Shown: positions 1 to 14,859 of the stretch, one piece after another | Layout: each line of letters starts with the position of its first letter | Position numbering within the stretch: the first letter of the stretch is position 1 | NCBI GenBank assembly: GCA_035084275.1 | Contig: CM068750.1 | Coordinates: 10,106,001-10,170,000, forward strand | DNA length: 64,000 bases | Direction of reading: 5' to 3' | Source: Hydrolagus colliei | Lineage: Eukaryota | Position numbers and translations under genes: made by a program | Notes under the pieces: model-generated | What the model saw: the letters and a program-made list of their open reading frames with translations, nothing else | What the model was told of the DNA's origin: nothing | The model's database searches: none

Positions 1-3000
1 GCAGCCTCAAAAGATTGAATGAATTAGTGAGCAAAGATACTCCCTGCTACCCCAACCCCCCATTGTCAGGACTTTTGCCGAGTTTGTGTTGTATGATGTC
101 AGTTGAATGTCTGTTTCTATTTATCTAACAATGACATTAGGCTAAATATCCATTGGTGAGCATATTCTTGTACTAATTTTGTTTCTAGTGGCTGGTTATA
201 AAAACCACAATGGCATGTTTTACTTTAGTGTGTTTTCTTTCACTTGGCATTGCCCGGGGACTATGTGAAAAGTTGGACATTACCATCTTCTGTTCCAGTT
301 TGCAAGTTGAGTTTTAATCAATTGGTCCATTGCTCGCCAATCCAGGTCTGTTGCTGAACTGATTGACGGTCATCACCTTTTGTTAAACTCGTGATATTCT
401 TGATCTAACTTGGCATTTAAAGGAATATTCCATAATGAACCCCAATAATAGCTGTATCATGAGAGTTTTTCTTAATAACAAGACAGTGCAGTATTAAACA
501 AATTAGTCAACTTATCTCATATGAAATAGTATTGTAAAGCATACTCTGTATGGATTGTATTCGGCAGTTTTGCACTATCTCTGAGCACCAGGTACCCTGG
601 AAGCAGTGAGGCATGACATGTCAGCACCTAAGTTAACCCTCCCAGCACCCTCTGCTGTTCAGTATATTCAGTGGAGCATCGCTCAGCCCCAGATAGAAGC
701 TTGCGCACTGACCTAAAGCTGTTCTAGGTATTTAATGTCAAGTGTTCACATTCACAAGTATCATTTTTTTATACAACTTGGAAAGGGCATTTCTTTTACA
801 ATAACTAGTTAATTAAAATTGATGCCTTTATTCTGTCTTTTGAAAATAATTATGAACTGACTCAATGTAATATATTTTCCTTTTTTTCAATACATTTACA
901 TCGACTGATGTATTCTCAAATTTGTTTTGTAATAACCCGATAAGCAAACACCACTCACATGGACAAATACTACTGAGATTTTACTGTGCTCAAATTACAG
1001 TCTAGTAAAATGTTTGCTGTCCTGATTGCAGCTGTCTTCAATATACATACCTGAACGTTTAGCACTCTGAGGGCCTTTTTGGCTTTGTTATTCATGATGA
1101 CTTAAAGCAAGCCTTTTTGCCAGTTTCATTTCCTATGAAATAAAATTCTTTAAAAACAAAAATGATACGAATACATTGTTGATCAGAATTTTTTTAAATT
1201 CAAACTTTTGGGTTTCTCATAACCTAATCCATACAGGGCTGCAGCCATTATCAGTCTCAGATACAGATGTAGACATACAAGGACGGACTTGGGGCATCGT
1301 AGTAGTGAATCTGCTCAGGCCTAACTAAAAATATCTTCTGTCCAAACAAGTTAATGTCCAGATTTTTCTTCTGTCAGTGGTTCAAGATCTAACTAAAGCA
1401 TAACATTTTGTATTAATGAAAGCAGAACGTGCCGATTTATTCCATTCAATCATTCAGCTTTTGGTCTACTGATTCTTTCCCAATATATCTAAAAAATCAC
1501 AGCAGCTTGGGTTAAGAAAAACTATAAAATATAAGTTAACACTTTAGAAACCATATAAATGAAATGGAAACATTCTTAATCTTATTCTTTTTCACCTGCA
1601 CAATGTTCTGAAGTAATGCAGAGACATAAATTACTGACTCCTTTTTGTATAATGTTATAATCAATGTTTTGCAATCACCAATGTTTGAATGAAGATTAAC
1701 CTACAATACAAGCCACTTTTATAAGTACAGAAATGTATATGCAGAAGAAATGATATTTGTATATGGAACTAAAACGTTCAGATGATTCTGTAGTTCTAAA
1801 TCCTGAATTTTAATAACTCAGAATCCTAATTGAGTTCAAAATTTGCATATTTATTGGAGAATATTGCATTTGTTTGCCATGTTATGCTGCCTGCTGACCT
1901 GTTCCGTGCAGTAATGCTGCCACCTTCTGAAACTGGGACGCATCATCACCTAATTGAGAGTGTGTCCTGGAGACTTTTTAGTGTCTTCTGCAGGTTGTCC
2001 AATTGCTGAAAGCAAGCAGCGCAACCTTGCAAAGTCAACTCGCTGAGGTCCAGAATTGCCTGAATCCCATCTTCTAAATGATTGGTTCAGAAGCCAGTGT
2101 GGGAGATGTCCTAGCTTCTCAGTGTGGTTGCATTCCCAATGTGACAGTCTGACAGGCCTGGGAAGTCAGCAGGAAGAGGTAGAAATGAGTACATTAACAT
2201 TTCTCATCTAAAATATATAATATTCACTTTAGCAAGAAATTAAAACACTTAATTTCTACTAACCTAAACATAAGAGGCTATTAGGTGGTTGGTAAGTTAA
2301 TTTTTTTGCAAAAGTTAAAGACACGAAAAAGATGGTGCTTTGAGGGCAGAGGTGGGCACAGCTGGGATTAGGAGGCAAAGGGGATTGTGGATGTTTTTTC
2401 ACTATCATTCAATCAGACAACATGCCCTTCAGCAGAACAGCGAGCCTCCTGATTCTCTCGAATTAGGGAGATTAGCATGAAGCGCATAATGCAGGATGAT
2501 GGAATTTGTCATAATTTGCATTGTTCTGGAAAGATGTGGTTTGATAGAGCGATGCGTCTTGGAGCATGTCATGTCCCACGGGCAGGTCACGAAGGAAACT
2601 TGGCAGAAATGATTTTCCGATATGTGCATCAGTCGTAAATGCCTCACAACCAATTTGTCAAAAGCTGAGGTCCAGACAGTTGAAAACAGTGGGCATTTGC
2701 CCTAATACAAGGAGAATTGAACTCAGCAAATATCGCCAAATAGCACATTCATTACAAGTAATCTTGCTGTACACAAACAATATAGCCAATTTTGCATGAT
2801 CCGTGCCTGTTAATATTCACCAATCTTTTTTTTGCATTCTTTGCTTTTAAAGCTTTTTAAGTAAATGAAACAGCTGACAAAAAATATGAAGTCCTATAAT
2901 TTCCGTTTGCCATTATTATAATAACAGATTGCCTCTGCTGAAAGAAGTCTTCTCAGAGAAATCGTCATTAACTATAACAGCATCAGGAGGTGTCTTCTGA

Positions 3001-6000
3001 GTGATTGCTTCTGACCTTGATAATGTTCACAAACTGCCAATAGAAAGGATAATCAGCATGTAGTTGACAAAACGGACATGACAGTGTTACTTATCTGCTG
3101 CGGCATTTCTGGAAATGGGCATGAGGAAAGCAGACAGGCAAGGGAACACGCTTATTTACAGTAGCGTAGCAAGAAGAAAAGGTCCAATGTCATGAAATGA
3201 CCACAGTCTATTTATGGACAAACTGACGATGATGCCATTCTTTTGGTATTTTAGATTTTTCCCTCCAATAAACTTGTACGCACGCATAGGTTACACGATT
3301 TACCATATATATATTGAGCAGGATTTGGTGATATTTCACGAGACATTCACCGATGTCTGCCTTTTCGCTTATTACATACATTGAAATAACAAGGTTTATA
3401 AGGGCACTTAAGTAACGCTGATCGTATGTGACAGTTGAGCATTCGCGGGTTGGGGATTTCAGAAGTGCTAAAATAAATATAAAATATTGTCGACATGCAC
3501 AGTAACATTAAACTGTTACATTTTGCCAAGCTTTGAAAATATAAAATGAATACTTTTTAATCCTTTTTGTTTTGTTTTAAATTACAGTATGTAGTGCTCT
3601 TGGCAATTTTTTTTTCCTTTCTTTCACAACCAGCATTGCTGATGGCCTCATAAAAAGACTGCAATATCTCAATATGATTAGATTGTCTGTGTACTCCATT
3701 TCATGCGGATAAGTTTAGAAAAAATAGCAGCTTGGCTCCTTGATTAAGTAGGAATTAATTTGAAACCTACTACATATAAATATTAAAAAAGAAATAACAA
3801 TCCAGAGTAGACAACACTCCCCCTATCTATTTGCTACAGTATTGCTCTACAATACATTAGTACACCACATTGATAGAAACAATTTCATTGTTTTTCCATA
3901 TCAATATGGATATTTGGACCAATAGTTGTGGTTTTTGAAATAGGATTTGGAGCAGATTTTGACGTATCTTTACACTTCTAAAAAGACAAGATGTTCCTCA
4001 TTGTAAGAATATCCACACTGTTTAAAGCAAATGTTTTTCTATTGAAGTGTAAAGTTACCAAAGGTTATGCATAAGATGAATAATAGCTTCTTTTGACAGC
4101 TCACTAGAAGATTTACGATATCCACTATGTTGAAATATTGCAACCACAAGTGATTTAAGTGTTGAAGATTTACTATTTGCCTTGTATTGTTATTTGTTAG
4201 ATATACAGTATTAATTTATTCCTAAGTTTGAGTTATGAGTAAATGTTAGGATTAGGTTGTACGGGAACAAATAATTGCTAAAACTATCATTGAAAACCTC
4301 TTAAAAAAAATTACATTCTAAAAAGATTTACATCAATTGCACAGAACGATTGAAGTGTACAGAATATTAGTCAGGTATATGAATATGCATTTGTGTTTTT
4401 CTGCTTTGCACTGAAAAATTATTACTGTACTTTGCTTTATATAGGTAGCTCAATGGCATTGATTATTGGTTCTTTAAGCACAATATTGTACTCTATGCTT
4501 AGAGTGACAGAACGATTTGTAAACACAAATGCAACATTTATTGGTGTTCGAAGTTTGATGGAGTAAAAGAAATGGATGATTAAATGTAATATAGAGAATA
4601 TAAGCCAACGTGTGTGTTGGGTAAAACTGAGATTCCAGAAATACAATCTTAATAATCATAGATTTGAACACTTGACTGCATTGCTGAATTTGGGTGTTGA
4701 AATAACAATCGTGTGCAATTTTTTTTTAAGGGTGAAGTATTGCTCAATTGTTTTTGATATGATAGATTTACCATTAGTTCATTTTTTTAAAAAAAGGATA
4801 AATGTGAGAAAATTGACCTAATTGATGTATTATCTCTTTAAGATGTTGTGCAACTTATAAATGTGATCCATTTGATGTTTATCACCTGAAATTACTATTA
4901 AAAAATCCTATAACCCACTGGTAAGAATTTAGTGCTTGAAGTGCTTTTTAAATTGGGTTTTTAACTGTTAAATGTAATTGGAAAAATAAAAAATGGTGTT
5001 GTACCACTAAAAGTATTCAGTTAACAGGAAAGGCACTTCTCTTTATTTAGCAATCTCTTTTGCACATTTTTGTAGAATTGTATGGAAACCATCTTTTGAT
5101 ATTAATATACAAATTTTTATAATGAGGCATGTCAAACACATGCATTGAATATCAATTTCAATATGATTCAATTAATGCTACAACAAAACCTGCATAAAAA
5201 TTAAAAGTGCCAGAAAGGGAATAAGGCCCCGTAGGACAATTGTAGCAAACTGAGGGTTTTATTTGGATAATTGCTACAGGATAAAGGAGAGTAGAAGTAA
5301 AGTAATGGAGTAAAATATCATTGTGTTGTCTAATTTATTTCTAATTTAATCATCTCCAAGTGTTTATTTTCTTTGTCTGGTACCTCATGGATACTTATGA
5401 ATGATGAAGTCTTAAAATTAGGGAAGAGTTCTCTTTTACAGAACTTTGCTTTAATTGATGTACAACATCTTTTTCAATTATAATGCTTTGTTGCCATTTG
5501 TTAGCATGTTAAATTGACTTTCCTTGCTTGTGGCAAGGCCAATTTGGGGCAAAAGAAGCACTAATAATATGATTCAGCAGTCAAATTCACTTCAACAAAC
5601 ATCTGATAAATTGGTGAGGTGAGGGTGGGAGGTACAATCAAGGTTCTTGCATTTGAAAAATTAAGAAAATAGTATTAACATGGATTTAAGCATTTATATT
5701 GATAGTCTGCAGTGGCATTATAGCAGTCATTGCTTCTAACAGGCCCATTGCTTGGAGGTCTAAACTATGTTTTTGATATTTTCTTAATCTCAATCTGAAC
5801 AATTCTAGGGCTTTTGGTGTGAAGGTAGAAGTACCATTTATTCTCCACTTTGTTTACAGTAATGTCCCATCCATTGCAAGGATTAGTGTGCTGGTTTCAA
5901 AAAAAAGATGGAAGTTTGCATGTAGAAATCTTGCGACCACCAAAACTAAAACTATTGTCTGATACAAAATGTAATTTTGTTTACAAGGATCTAAAGTATT

Positions 6001-7879
6001 CCTATTCTAATCTACTCTTCTAATTCGGTTTTTGCCAATCTGTTTAAACTATGCTCCTGATGCACCAGTTACTCTGCACCCCAGGTATAAAGTAATCAAA
6101 TCCTTGGAATTGCAAATTATACCATTTAAAAAATCTAAATGATGCAAAAATACTGCCCAGTCAGTTAAATTATAGTAAGATATACGTTCACTGCTTCTTA
6201 GATCAGCTATATTAAAATAATCTTGTTTTATGTGACAATATTAGAATGCAGATGTAGTAATAAATGATTTAAAATCCCTATTTGAATTAATTGAGTTTAT
6301 TATGAGAGCGTCATTGATGTATGCACTGTATTTTATAGTCATTTCAATACATTAGAGGCTATCAACTAATATACCTGTATATGGAACAAAAAAGTATTAC
6401 AAAAGAGAGGATTTAAATAATGTTTTTTAAAAACCCAGCCCACTGCATGTTTAATTTAGGTTTCAAGACCATTATAATCTTTTTCAATAAACTATTTAAT
6501 AAGTCTCCAGTGGTTTCTCTTTTCAATCGCATATAACTGTGTTGAATAAATAAGAACACCCCCTGCTCTGACCTAAATTATGAGAAACCAATGACTGATG
6601 TCTAGCAGTAATTCATATAGACATGCTGGTAAAAATTAAAATTCAGGGTTTTTTAACAGTACAGTTGAAAATATTCACAGGTTAGAAAGGAAGAAATGCG
6701 AGCTTATGTAGGAAATGTTCTGTGAATAAATTTAATATCACACTTATCCAGTCCAGAATGCTGACTGGTAAGTTCTATATTTTATTATTACTGTGAGTAG
6801 GGTACTATGTCGAAAAATTGTTATTGAGTAAAGAATGACATATACACATACATTCCACACCACAAATGTGTTGTTACATGAGAAACCATCTGCACTATGT
6901 ATGTGTTCATTTAGTGCATCAGATGAAAGCAAGGAATTTGGTTATTACTTTTCTGTACAAAGTCAGGCTTTTCCTATATGGTTTATTCAATTTGATGACT
7001 GACTCCTAACTATCCTTTATTTACTGCAATAATTGATTTCTTTAGAATGATGTTTCACTGTTAGCATATTTGTGATTTTGTTTTCATCAGAACCATTTCC
7101 CAGTTGGATTCATTATGCTACCATATGACATTTTCTCCATATGGCCAGACTCTGAACACTCATTAACATTCTAGTCAGAACAATCATAAAATCTGTAAAT
7201 AAATGACAACTATCAGATATTCTTATGCATAATCTGAATGTTACAGTACAATGCTTAAAATGTTTATACATTATGCAGATTTGGGATTTTCAGTTGGGAC
7301 CCAAGATACAGTTGTATCTACATTTTTATCTTTTATCTTCGGAATACAGTCCGGTGCAATAATTCTTGTTTTCCTTAAAAGCTTTATATGAAGCTTTATT
7401 TAATTTTTTGCTAAAAAGCCATTGTACTTTCAATTTTTTTACACACATTAGGAACATTCGATTGCACACAGTTCCCCAATGGAAGGGAGTAATCAAACTG
7501 CCCCAGTTTTGTGCATACAGAGAGCAGCTCAACCTAACTCACATTATGACCTTTTCTTCTCCCTGCCCTTATTGTGCTCCCTAATGTTGTTGCTGAGATT
7601 ATGAGCTCACCATATCAAGATCCCACATCCTAACCTCTAAGGCCCTCAAAGACATAACTGAGTTGTAAACCAATGTACAAACTAAAATCACAAGTGTGTG
7701 TTTTTGTTTTAAAAAAACTTGTAATATTAGAAATGCGCTTTTATTCCAGATTGTTAATATTTTACTACTCTTCAAGGATGAAATGCACATTAAGTACAAG
7801 TTGCAGAGCATCAGTACTTACTGGAATAATTGTATTTCATTCAAAGCACAGATAATTTAAAAGTCAATAAAAAATCTCT

Positions 7880-9081
7880 TCTGGAAGGTTGTCTCCCTCT
7901 CTCCGTTCCCAAGACATTCTATTACTTGTAAGCTTTGCTCATTTCTCTCTCACCATTCCCTCTTTGAACCCCTACAAACCGGTTTCTGTGCTTCCCACAG
8001 CACGGAGACAGCCTTGGTCAAACGATATTTTAAAACTTTTGTGATCAGGACTCTGCCTCCTGACCTCTCACTACTTTTGACACTGTCAACCTCTCCATCC
8101 TCTTACACTGTCTCTCCTCCCTGCTCAATCTTCATGGACCTGTCGTCGCCTGGTTCGACTCTTACCTTTCTCACCGTCTCCACTTTGTCACCACCAATGG
8201 CTTCTCCTCAAGCCGCCGCACTGTCACCTGTGGCATCCCCAGGGCTCTCTCCTTGGCCTCGTACTTTTCAACATCTACATATCTTGGTGACACCCCCATA
8301 CATGGGGGTCAAGCTTCCATATGTATGCGGATGACATCCAACTCTATCTTTCTCCCTCTACCCTAGATTCCAGGACCATTGCTGTCCTGACATTCAGCCT
8401 GTCAAACATCAAGTCCTTGAGAACTAACTTTCTAAAGCTGAATGCCAACAAGACCGAGGCCCTCATGATCGGTTCGTGCCAGTGCCTTCACACATCAGAC
8501 ACTGATAGCATCAACCTCCATGGTTGCACACTCCACCTCACTAAGCCAGTCAGGAACATCCAAGCCATGATCCGTTCTGCCTTCCCTCACTTTCACAATA
8601 TCGCCCGACTCCACCACTACCTCACCCCTCTGGCCGCTGAAATTCTCATTCATGCCTTCATCACATCCAGGCTCGACTACACCAATACCCTGCTTGTTGG
8701 CCTTCCCTATTTCTCCCTCCACAAGCTGCGGATAATCCAGAACTCTGCAGCCCGTGTCCTCTACCACACCCTCCGCTCAATAGGCTCCGGCCTGCTCCCT
8801 GTCCCCCAACCCACACCTCCCCACCATTGGCGGGCGAGCCTTCAGCCACTCTGCCCCTAACCTCTTGAATTCCGTCCTGCAGTCCCTCCACCTTGCCCCC
8901 TCCCTAGCCTCCTTCAATTCCCACCTCACGACTCTCCTCTTCAGCAGTCCCATCGGTCACCCGAAATCCCCTCCTTTCCCTCCACCCTTCCGAGCCCAGC
9001 TTGGGTTGAAACCCTGACTGTCCAGCGCCTTGGGATGTTTTCCCAATGTGAAAGGCACTATACAAATATAATTTTGTTGTA
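7880..9081 (+). mobile_element. 5'-truncated, degenerate L2-clade LINE (RT C-terminus plus 3' tail)
   Basis: GF.ASHSTETALVK segment near 7981, RT catalytic YADD at 8324-8335, LKLNANKTE, 'LIHAFITSRLDY.N.LL.GLP' and 'L..IQNSAAR'. Tail GCGCCTTGGGATG...GTGAAAGGCACTATACAAAT...TTGTTGT. Frameshifts and internal deletions present. Confidence 0.92.
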
Positions 9082-10309
9082 AGTTATCATATTTTAGTTT
9101 CCCTAGAAAGAATTTCCAGAAGATTAAAATTTTGCTTACAATCTGCCTTTTAAAAACATGAATAGTAACAATGAATGCAAATTAAATCAACATTTTGTAT
9201 TGTGTTTTGGGTAGGTATGGCCATTTTCAGGATTTATCTTTTCTAATAAAGTAATGGAAACGTGAACTTTATAGAAGTGAAACCATGGAATCTATGCTAA
9301 TAAATTACTTAAATACAAGAATTTCAAAAGGGATAATGCTGATGTCAATAATAGTTCAGAAGAATTCTTCATTTAATCTCCCATTGCCCAGTGGAAAAAG
9401 AATGCATATTCAAACAATTGCCTAACGCATTAAAAATGTACATTATATTCTGATTGTTGATTAGTTTATGAGACTAATGCAAATGTAACTGTCTTCCTGT
9501 CAGATTTAGAGCTGCATTATGCACTCATGTTGCATTTTTAAGGACAGATCATTGACAGTCAATTAACAAGTTTGATTGGTGTGTCATATCATTCTTTTGA
9601 ACTGTTAATAGTATGTTAATAACATTCTTTCCTTTGTGCTATCCCGTTTGTGGTTTCTGGGAAACACAGCTATTTTTTATATACGAACCTAAAATAAATC
9701 CTAAATAATAGATTATTAAACACCTGCCTGATGCAGCTTGGGGAGATTTTCCTGCACTGAGAGTTCACAGTTGATCCCTTTGATATTGAAATCAAGGCGT
9801 GATAGCCTTTTTATTCAAATCATAACTTCTTTTGATGGTAGCTTGTTAAGAAATATTCAGTGCAAGTCTGACCTTATCTGGTTTCCCATAGAACAGAACT
9901 CTGATGCCGTCTGAAGGTTCATAAATGGAATGCCAATGACAATTTGTTGTTGTCGTTTTGCTGCCTCAGCCTTCAGGTGCGGGTGGTTGATGTACATCTC
10001 TCACTTTACCAAATAACCCTTCCAAGTAAATGATCTTCTGATTGATCTGATGGTTTCAAAGCACTGGGCTCTCATTTATGGTTTGCAGTCATAGTAATTT
10101 AAGCTTGTTCTGCTTCTCTAAAAAAGCATCAAAGTTGACAGGCAAATCTGACAGACGGGAGCAGCATCATGGGATGCGGGAAGCAAGCTTCTATATCCAG
10201 TGCTCCGCTACCTTACATGGAAAGTCATAGCAGTCCTGAGGATGTACTAAAAAGCCATTAAAATTCTAAACATGTCCTGCACAATAACTTCGGGAAACCT
10301 CAGTATTTG

Positions 10310-10400
10310 GTATTCACTCCACACTATATTCTGTGAAGCACTTTGAGATGTCTTGAAGATGTGGTAAGGTGCTATCAAATACAAGAACTATTATAATTTA
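10310..10400 (+). mobile_element. SINE 3' tail fragment
   Basis: TATATTCTGTGAAGCACTTTGAGATGTC...GGTGCTATCAAATACAAG, matching the tails of the full SINE copies in this window. Confidence 0.75.
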
Positions 10401-11794
10401 AATGTGAAACAAAGCTATAAACTTGATTGCTTTTCATGATGTAATGCGATTGTGGTAAAATGGGCCCTCTTTGGTTGCAGTGAAGGTGCAATGCTTAATT
10501 GCACTAAATTGATTAAACTTCCTTATTATTTAAAGATAAGCTTTGTTGTTTGCATTTCTCATTCAGCTAAAATTTTAATACATCTCAAGGAAAGTGGATA
10601 AACCTTTGAAGATAGGTTATTTGTCTATACAGAAGATTGTGCTTCTTTATTTTGTTAAATTAAGTTTGATGCTGGCAAATCATAAGTTTCATATTGAGTG
10701 TTGCTGCAATAATAATGTGAATGTATATCCTGATAGATACTTAATCTTTTTATCGAAGATATTTCTCCATGCAAAATCAAGCTGCTACTTTTGTTACACC
10801 AAGTAAGTTTAAGTATGTATTTAACAAAATAATACGGTGGAAATGGAGCTGATTCCAGAACTCCCGCTTTGCTCAAAGTATGGGATTAACACTTGTAACA
10901 ATATAATACACCTTCCTTGACATTCTGGTATTTGATTAACCTTATTTTCACAGAGAAAGGGAGCATTCATCTATTTCAGCTTTGTAGATTTCAGCTTCCT
11001 CTTTTATGTGTTTTGCTGATTTGAAGAGGAAAGAACTTGTATTTGTCTCTTCTTTTTGAACTTCATGTGACAGTTGGCCCTGCACATACTTGTCACTGCA
11101 TAAATGATACAGAGAATTTAGTAATCCAATTTAATGTTATCCTGTTGGATATGTGAACCAGTTTCAGTTCATCCTCCCCAGGCAGATTGGCAATTACAGT
11201 GATTATATTGCCTGATGGAGGCCTGCACAACTTAAATATACCCTTTCAGGGAGTAGCATCAATCCTAAATTGTCTGGTGATTTCTTTATGGTGTATATTG
11301 AAACATCCAATACATGTAAATGTGTGGCATACATTTTCAAAGTCCACATTTTCTGGTTTGCAATTGGAAACATAATGAATGTTTACAGTATATTTTTGCA
11401 CCCATTGTTGGTATTGAGTAATTCCAAGATCAAATATCCTATCCGGTAACTTAGATGAAGAGTGGAAATTCTGTCAGAGCAATAATGCTTAACCCCAACC
11501 ACAAAAGAATATCCTCTCTTGTTGCAGTCTGACATTTTTGTTTCCCACACTATCAATCCTTTTGACCTCCAAGATTGAGCTTAACAATTCTTAGAGGAGA
11601 ATTTTATATTTTGGACTAAATATTAGTTGAGCTAAGACTAATAGATCATCTGAAGTTTATTTTTGTGGCTGGACTTTATCCAAGGGCTGAATAATGCAAT
11701 ACATATTATACAAAACAATTTTATAAGCATAATTGCAGTTTTAGGACATTGTCCAATGTTTTCTAAAATTACAATAACAAATTATGTTAAATAA

Positions 11795-11906
11795 GCGTTT
11801 TGCCCATAAAACACAGTCAATTCACTTTACAATATATTCTGTGAAGTGCTTTGATACGTCTGAATGATGTGATTAGGTGCTATAGTAAATGCAAGGATTA
11901 TTATTA
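11795..11906 (+). mobile_element. SINE 3' fragment
   Basis: CAGTCAATTCACTTTACAATATATTCTGTGAAGTGCTTTGA...AAATGCAAGGATTATTATT. Confidence 0.8.
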
Positions 11907-12828
11907 AGTAACTTTTGCTTCATTCATATATCCAAAGTCTTGCTTAAAAATGCAAAATGATTCAGAATAACTAACTAAATGTGACCAATATAATATTGCC
12001 ATTAATAGTTTATTTTTAAAATGGCTTGAGCAAAACATAAACAATCCATGATTAGAGCAAAAAATGCTATACAAATATAATTTTGTTGTTCTTGTTGAAG
12101 GGTATTTCTTCAATGGAAGACTGAACAAATGAATCTGTTGACTAATTCATTGTCATGTAAAAAGAAAGGAAGTTACTTTGTCTCGTTGCATGGCAAGTGT
12201 CCTTTTGTTGTTGACTTTTTTCTTGTACGTCTTAAGGACAAATAGTTAATACAGCAGAAAAAAGGATCATACTAAATCAAATGATGTTGCATTCACAGCT
12301 CCTCTGGTTTGTCAATGTTTTTTTCAGTTCTTGGAAACAACTGCGTGGCTTTCACGAATACATCTGAAGCAATAGATTCTTTATTTCCCAACCACACTGT
12401 ATCATATGTACGACGGTGCATTCATTTTTTATTTCATATCCTAAATAATGTTGAATCCTCTGAAGTCCTACAACACTTAATCACAGAAAAACAGCTGCCA
12501 AGAAGAATCACTTTTACGTTACATAGAATATTATTTCTGTGTAGTTCTGGAAGTAATTGAAGCTTGGGGTTCAACAGGTGAATGAATTGCTTGACCTTCA
12601 TACCCAAGTTTATGCTGTCATTTGAGTTCTTTGACTAGTTTATGGACTTATAATTAATTGTTCAAAACTAATACTATTTGAGTGTACAAAGAGATCTGAA
12701 ATTAATTGTTTTATAAAATTGGTACATAAAAGAAAGAATGAGAATAGCAGTCAGAATGCATTTGCATTGGACAGCAATTTTGAGCAAGAATGGAGTGTTC
12801 ATATTCTTAAAACTATTCTAATAATGTA

Positions 12829-13139
12829 AAGTCCTGTAGCTCAGTGGTTAGAGCACTCGGCTTACAAGCGAGAGACCTGAGTTCGATTCCAGGCATGTCA
12901 GGGCGAAACCTTGGGCAAGTTTCCTTACTCCACACAACTAACAATAATCCCTCAAAACAAATTGGTCATTTCAATCTACAGTTGTTTGTGGGAGACTGAT
13001 GTGTGCAATTTGCTGCTGTGTTTTACCCACACAATATACAGTCAATTCACTTTACAATATACAGTACTGTGAAGCACTTTGAGACATCTAGAAGATGTGA
13101 AAAGTACTAAATCAAAATGCAAGAATTATTATGATTATC
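12829..13139 (+). mobile_element. Full-length tRNA-derived SINE (~310 bp) with L2-type tail
   Basis: Pol III A box TAGCTCAGTGGTTAG and B box GAGTTCGATTCC, body CCTTGGGCAAGTTTCCTTACTCCAC, tail ending AATGCAAGAATTATTAT. Several near-identical copies elsewhere in the window. Confidence 0.92.
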
Positions 13140-13209
13140 AGGACTCGACAGGCATGATTTTCTTCCCCTAAGTTTTCCTCTCCTTCGCTGGTAAATACCA
13201 CAGTGTCTG

Positions 13210-13382
13210 AACAATAACAACTTGCGTTTACATAGTGCCCTTCATGCAGGGTTAGAGGCTAGAGCACTTGACAGTGGCGGAGTCTGACATCCAGCCAGAG
13301 GGAGAGGGATGGGGTAGATGACCATAAACACAATCAAAAAGATCTCTAGGTGGGATTTGAAAGTGGGGAGGGAGGAGGGTGC
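13210..13382 (-). mobile_element. L2 3' end fragment
   Basis: Reverse complement of an L2-type tail (AACAATAACAACTTGCGTTTACATAGTGCCCTTCA...AGAGCACTT) followed by a purine-rich 3' UTR-like segment. Confidence 0.65.
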
Positions 13383-13429
13383 TTCTCATTGAGGTCAAAG
13401 ATATCAAACTGCAATATATCAATACCTAG

Positions 13430-13842
13430 ATAAAAACATAAAAATTGGAGCAGGAGTAGGCAATTGGCCCCTTGAACCTGCCCCACAATTTAATAAGATC
13501 ATGGCTGATCTTCTAACCTAATTCCATATATGTACCTGCTCTATCCCTATTTCCCTTAATCCCTTTATCCTTTAGAAATCTATCAATCTCAGTCTTGAAT
13601 ATGTTCAAGGACTGAGCACCCATAGCCTTCTGGGGTAGAGAATTCCATAAATTCACTACCCTCTGAGTGAAGAAATGTTTCCTCAACTCTGTTCTTTCCC
13701 CAACTGTCCTTTAAGAATCTTATAGGTTTCTATAAAATTACCTTTAGTTCTTCTAAATTTTAGAGAATATTGGTCCAGTTTACTCAACCTATTCTCATAG
13801 GTCAACCCCTTCATCCCAGGAACCAATTTAGTGAATCTGTGA
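13430..13842 (-). mobile_element. CR1 LINE 3' fragment
   Basis: AACATAAAAATTGGAGCAGGAGTAGGC...GGTAGAGAATTCCATAAATTCACTACCCTCTGAGTGAAGAAAT, the antisense of the CR1 ORF2 C-terminus (FFTQRVVNLWNSLP). Confidence 0.85.
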
Positions 13843-14859
13843 AAGGATATATTACTGTAACTCCCTCACATCAATTCAATCCTGATTGGTTAAGAGAGCA
13901 AGTAGATTATGTTTTAGACACCTTCAGGATTCCTTTGTTGACTGAATTACTAATAGGTGATGAAGATCAGTCTGTCTCAATGTCTTTTCTTTGCTGAAAT
14001 GACACAGTTGGCATAAGTGAAAGTTGAATGATTGGAACTGATTGGAATATGAACTCAGGCCTTCAGTTTAAAGATGTCATATTCTTGGAATTCTCATTAT
14101 GCATTTCCAAACTAAACAATTTCTTGTGAATGAGACAATAATGTTAGATGAGAACTGAAATAATACAAATGTGAAATCCTAATTTTTGTTTTATTTTCAG
14201 TCTTAATTGCTGTAGCTTAAGAACTTGAGCCATAAAATTAGCACCCTTTCACTTCAGAAAATATTGCTTTGATGGAGTCTGAAAACAAAGCAAATTGTGG
14301 TATGTAATGTTCATAATTGCATACACAATTCACAGAATACCGAATGGATATAGGCTCTTGCAAATTGAGGCCTTTTAATGAAAAGTATAATTTGATTTTC
14401 ACAAGATTCAACTATGACACATGATTAAAAACATATTACCCAAGAGCTGCATAAACCGGTTGTATCATTACACTAATTGTGAACAATTTCTGCATTTGAA
14501 GCAACAGGATGAACATGATTTTAGTTAGCATCTCATTTATTAAATTTAGTCTTTTAGACTGGAGACTTAAATCATTCAAGAAGAGTGATCCATTTATTGC
14601 TCTAATGCAATGCACATGATGGGCCACGTTTCCTCATTCATGTCTCATAAATTGTAATCTGAGGACTGTTTATTTTCTTTCACATTACCTTGATGCAGTA
14701 GGAAACACTAAAATAAATAATAGAATTTTCAACCATTCGGACACTAATTGAACCTAAATAGCTGGCATTATTTACCAGTGATGCTACAAGTTTAACATCC
14801 TTAATCTTGTTATAAAGAGATTTTCTATCTGCACATATTAGTGTGGATTCTTTGCCTGA

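Noticed and set aside
8321-8860. 179-aa reverse-transcriptase-like ORF as a functional gene or retron-like system
   Set aside because: Truncated, frameshifted L2 LINE remnant with a typical L2 tail.
12829-12905. tRNA gene (A and B boxes; also at 20550-20618, 21538-21605, 52100-52175)
   Set aside because: No complete acceptor stem, and the sequence continues into a shared SINE body and tail, so these are SINE heads rather than tRNA genes.
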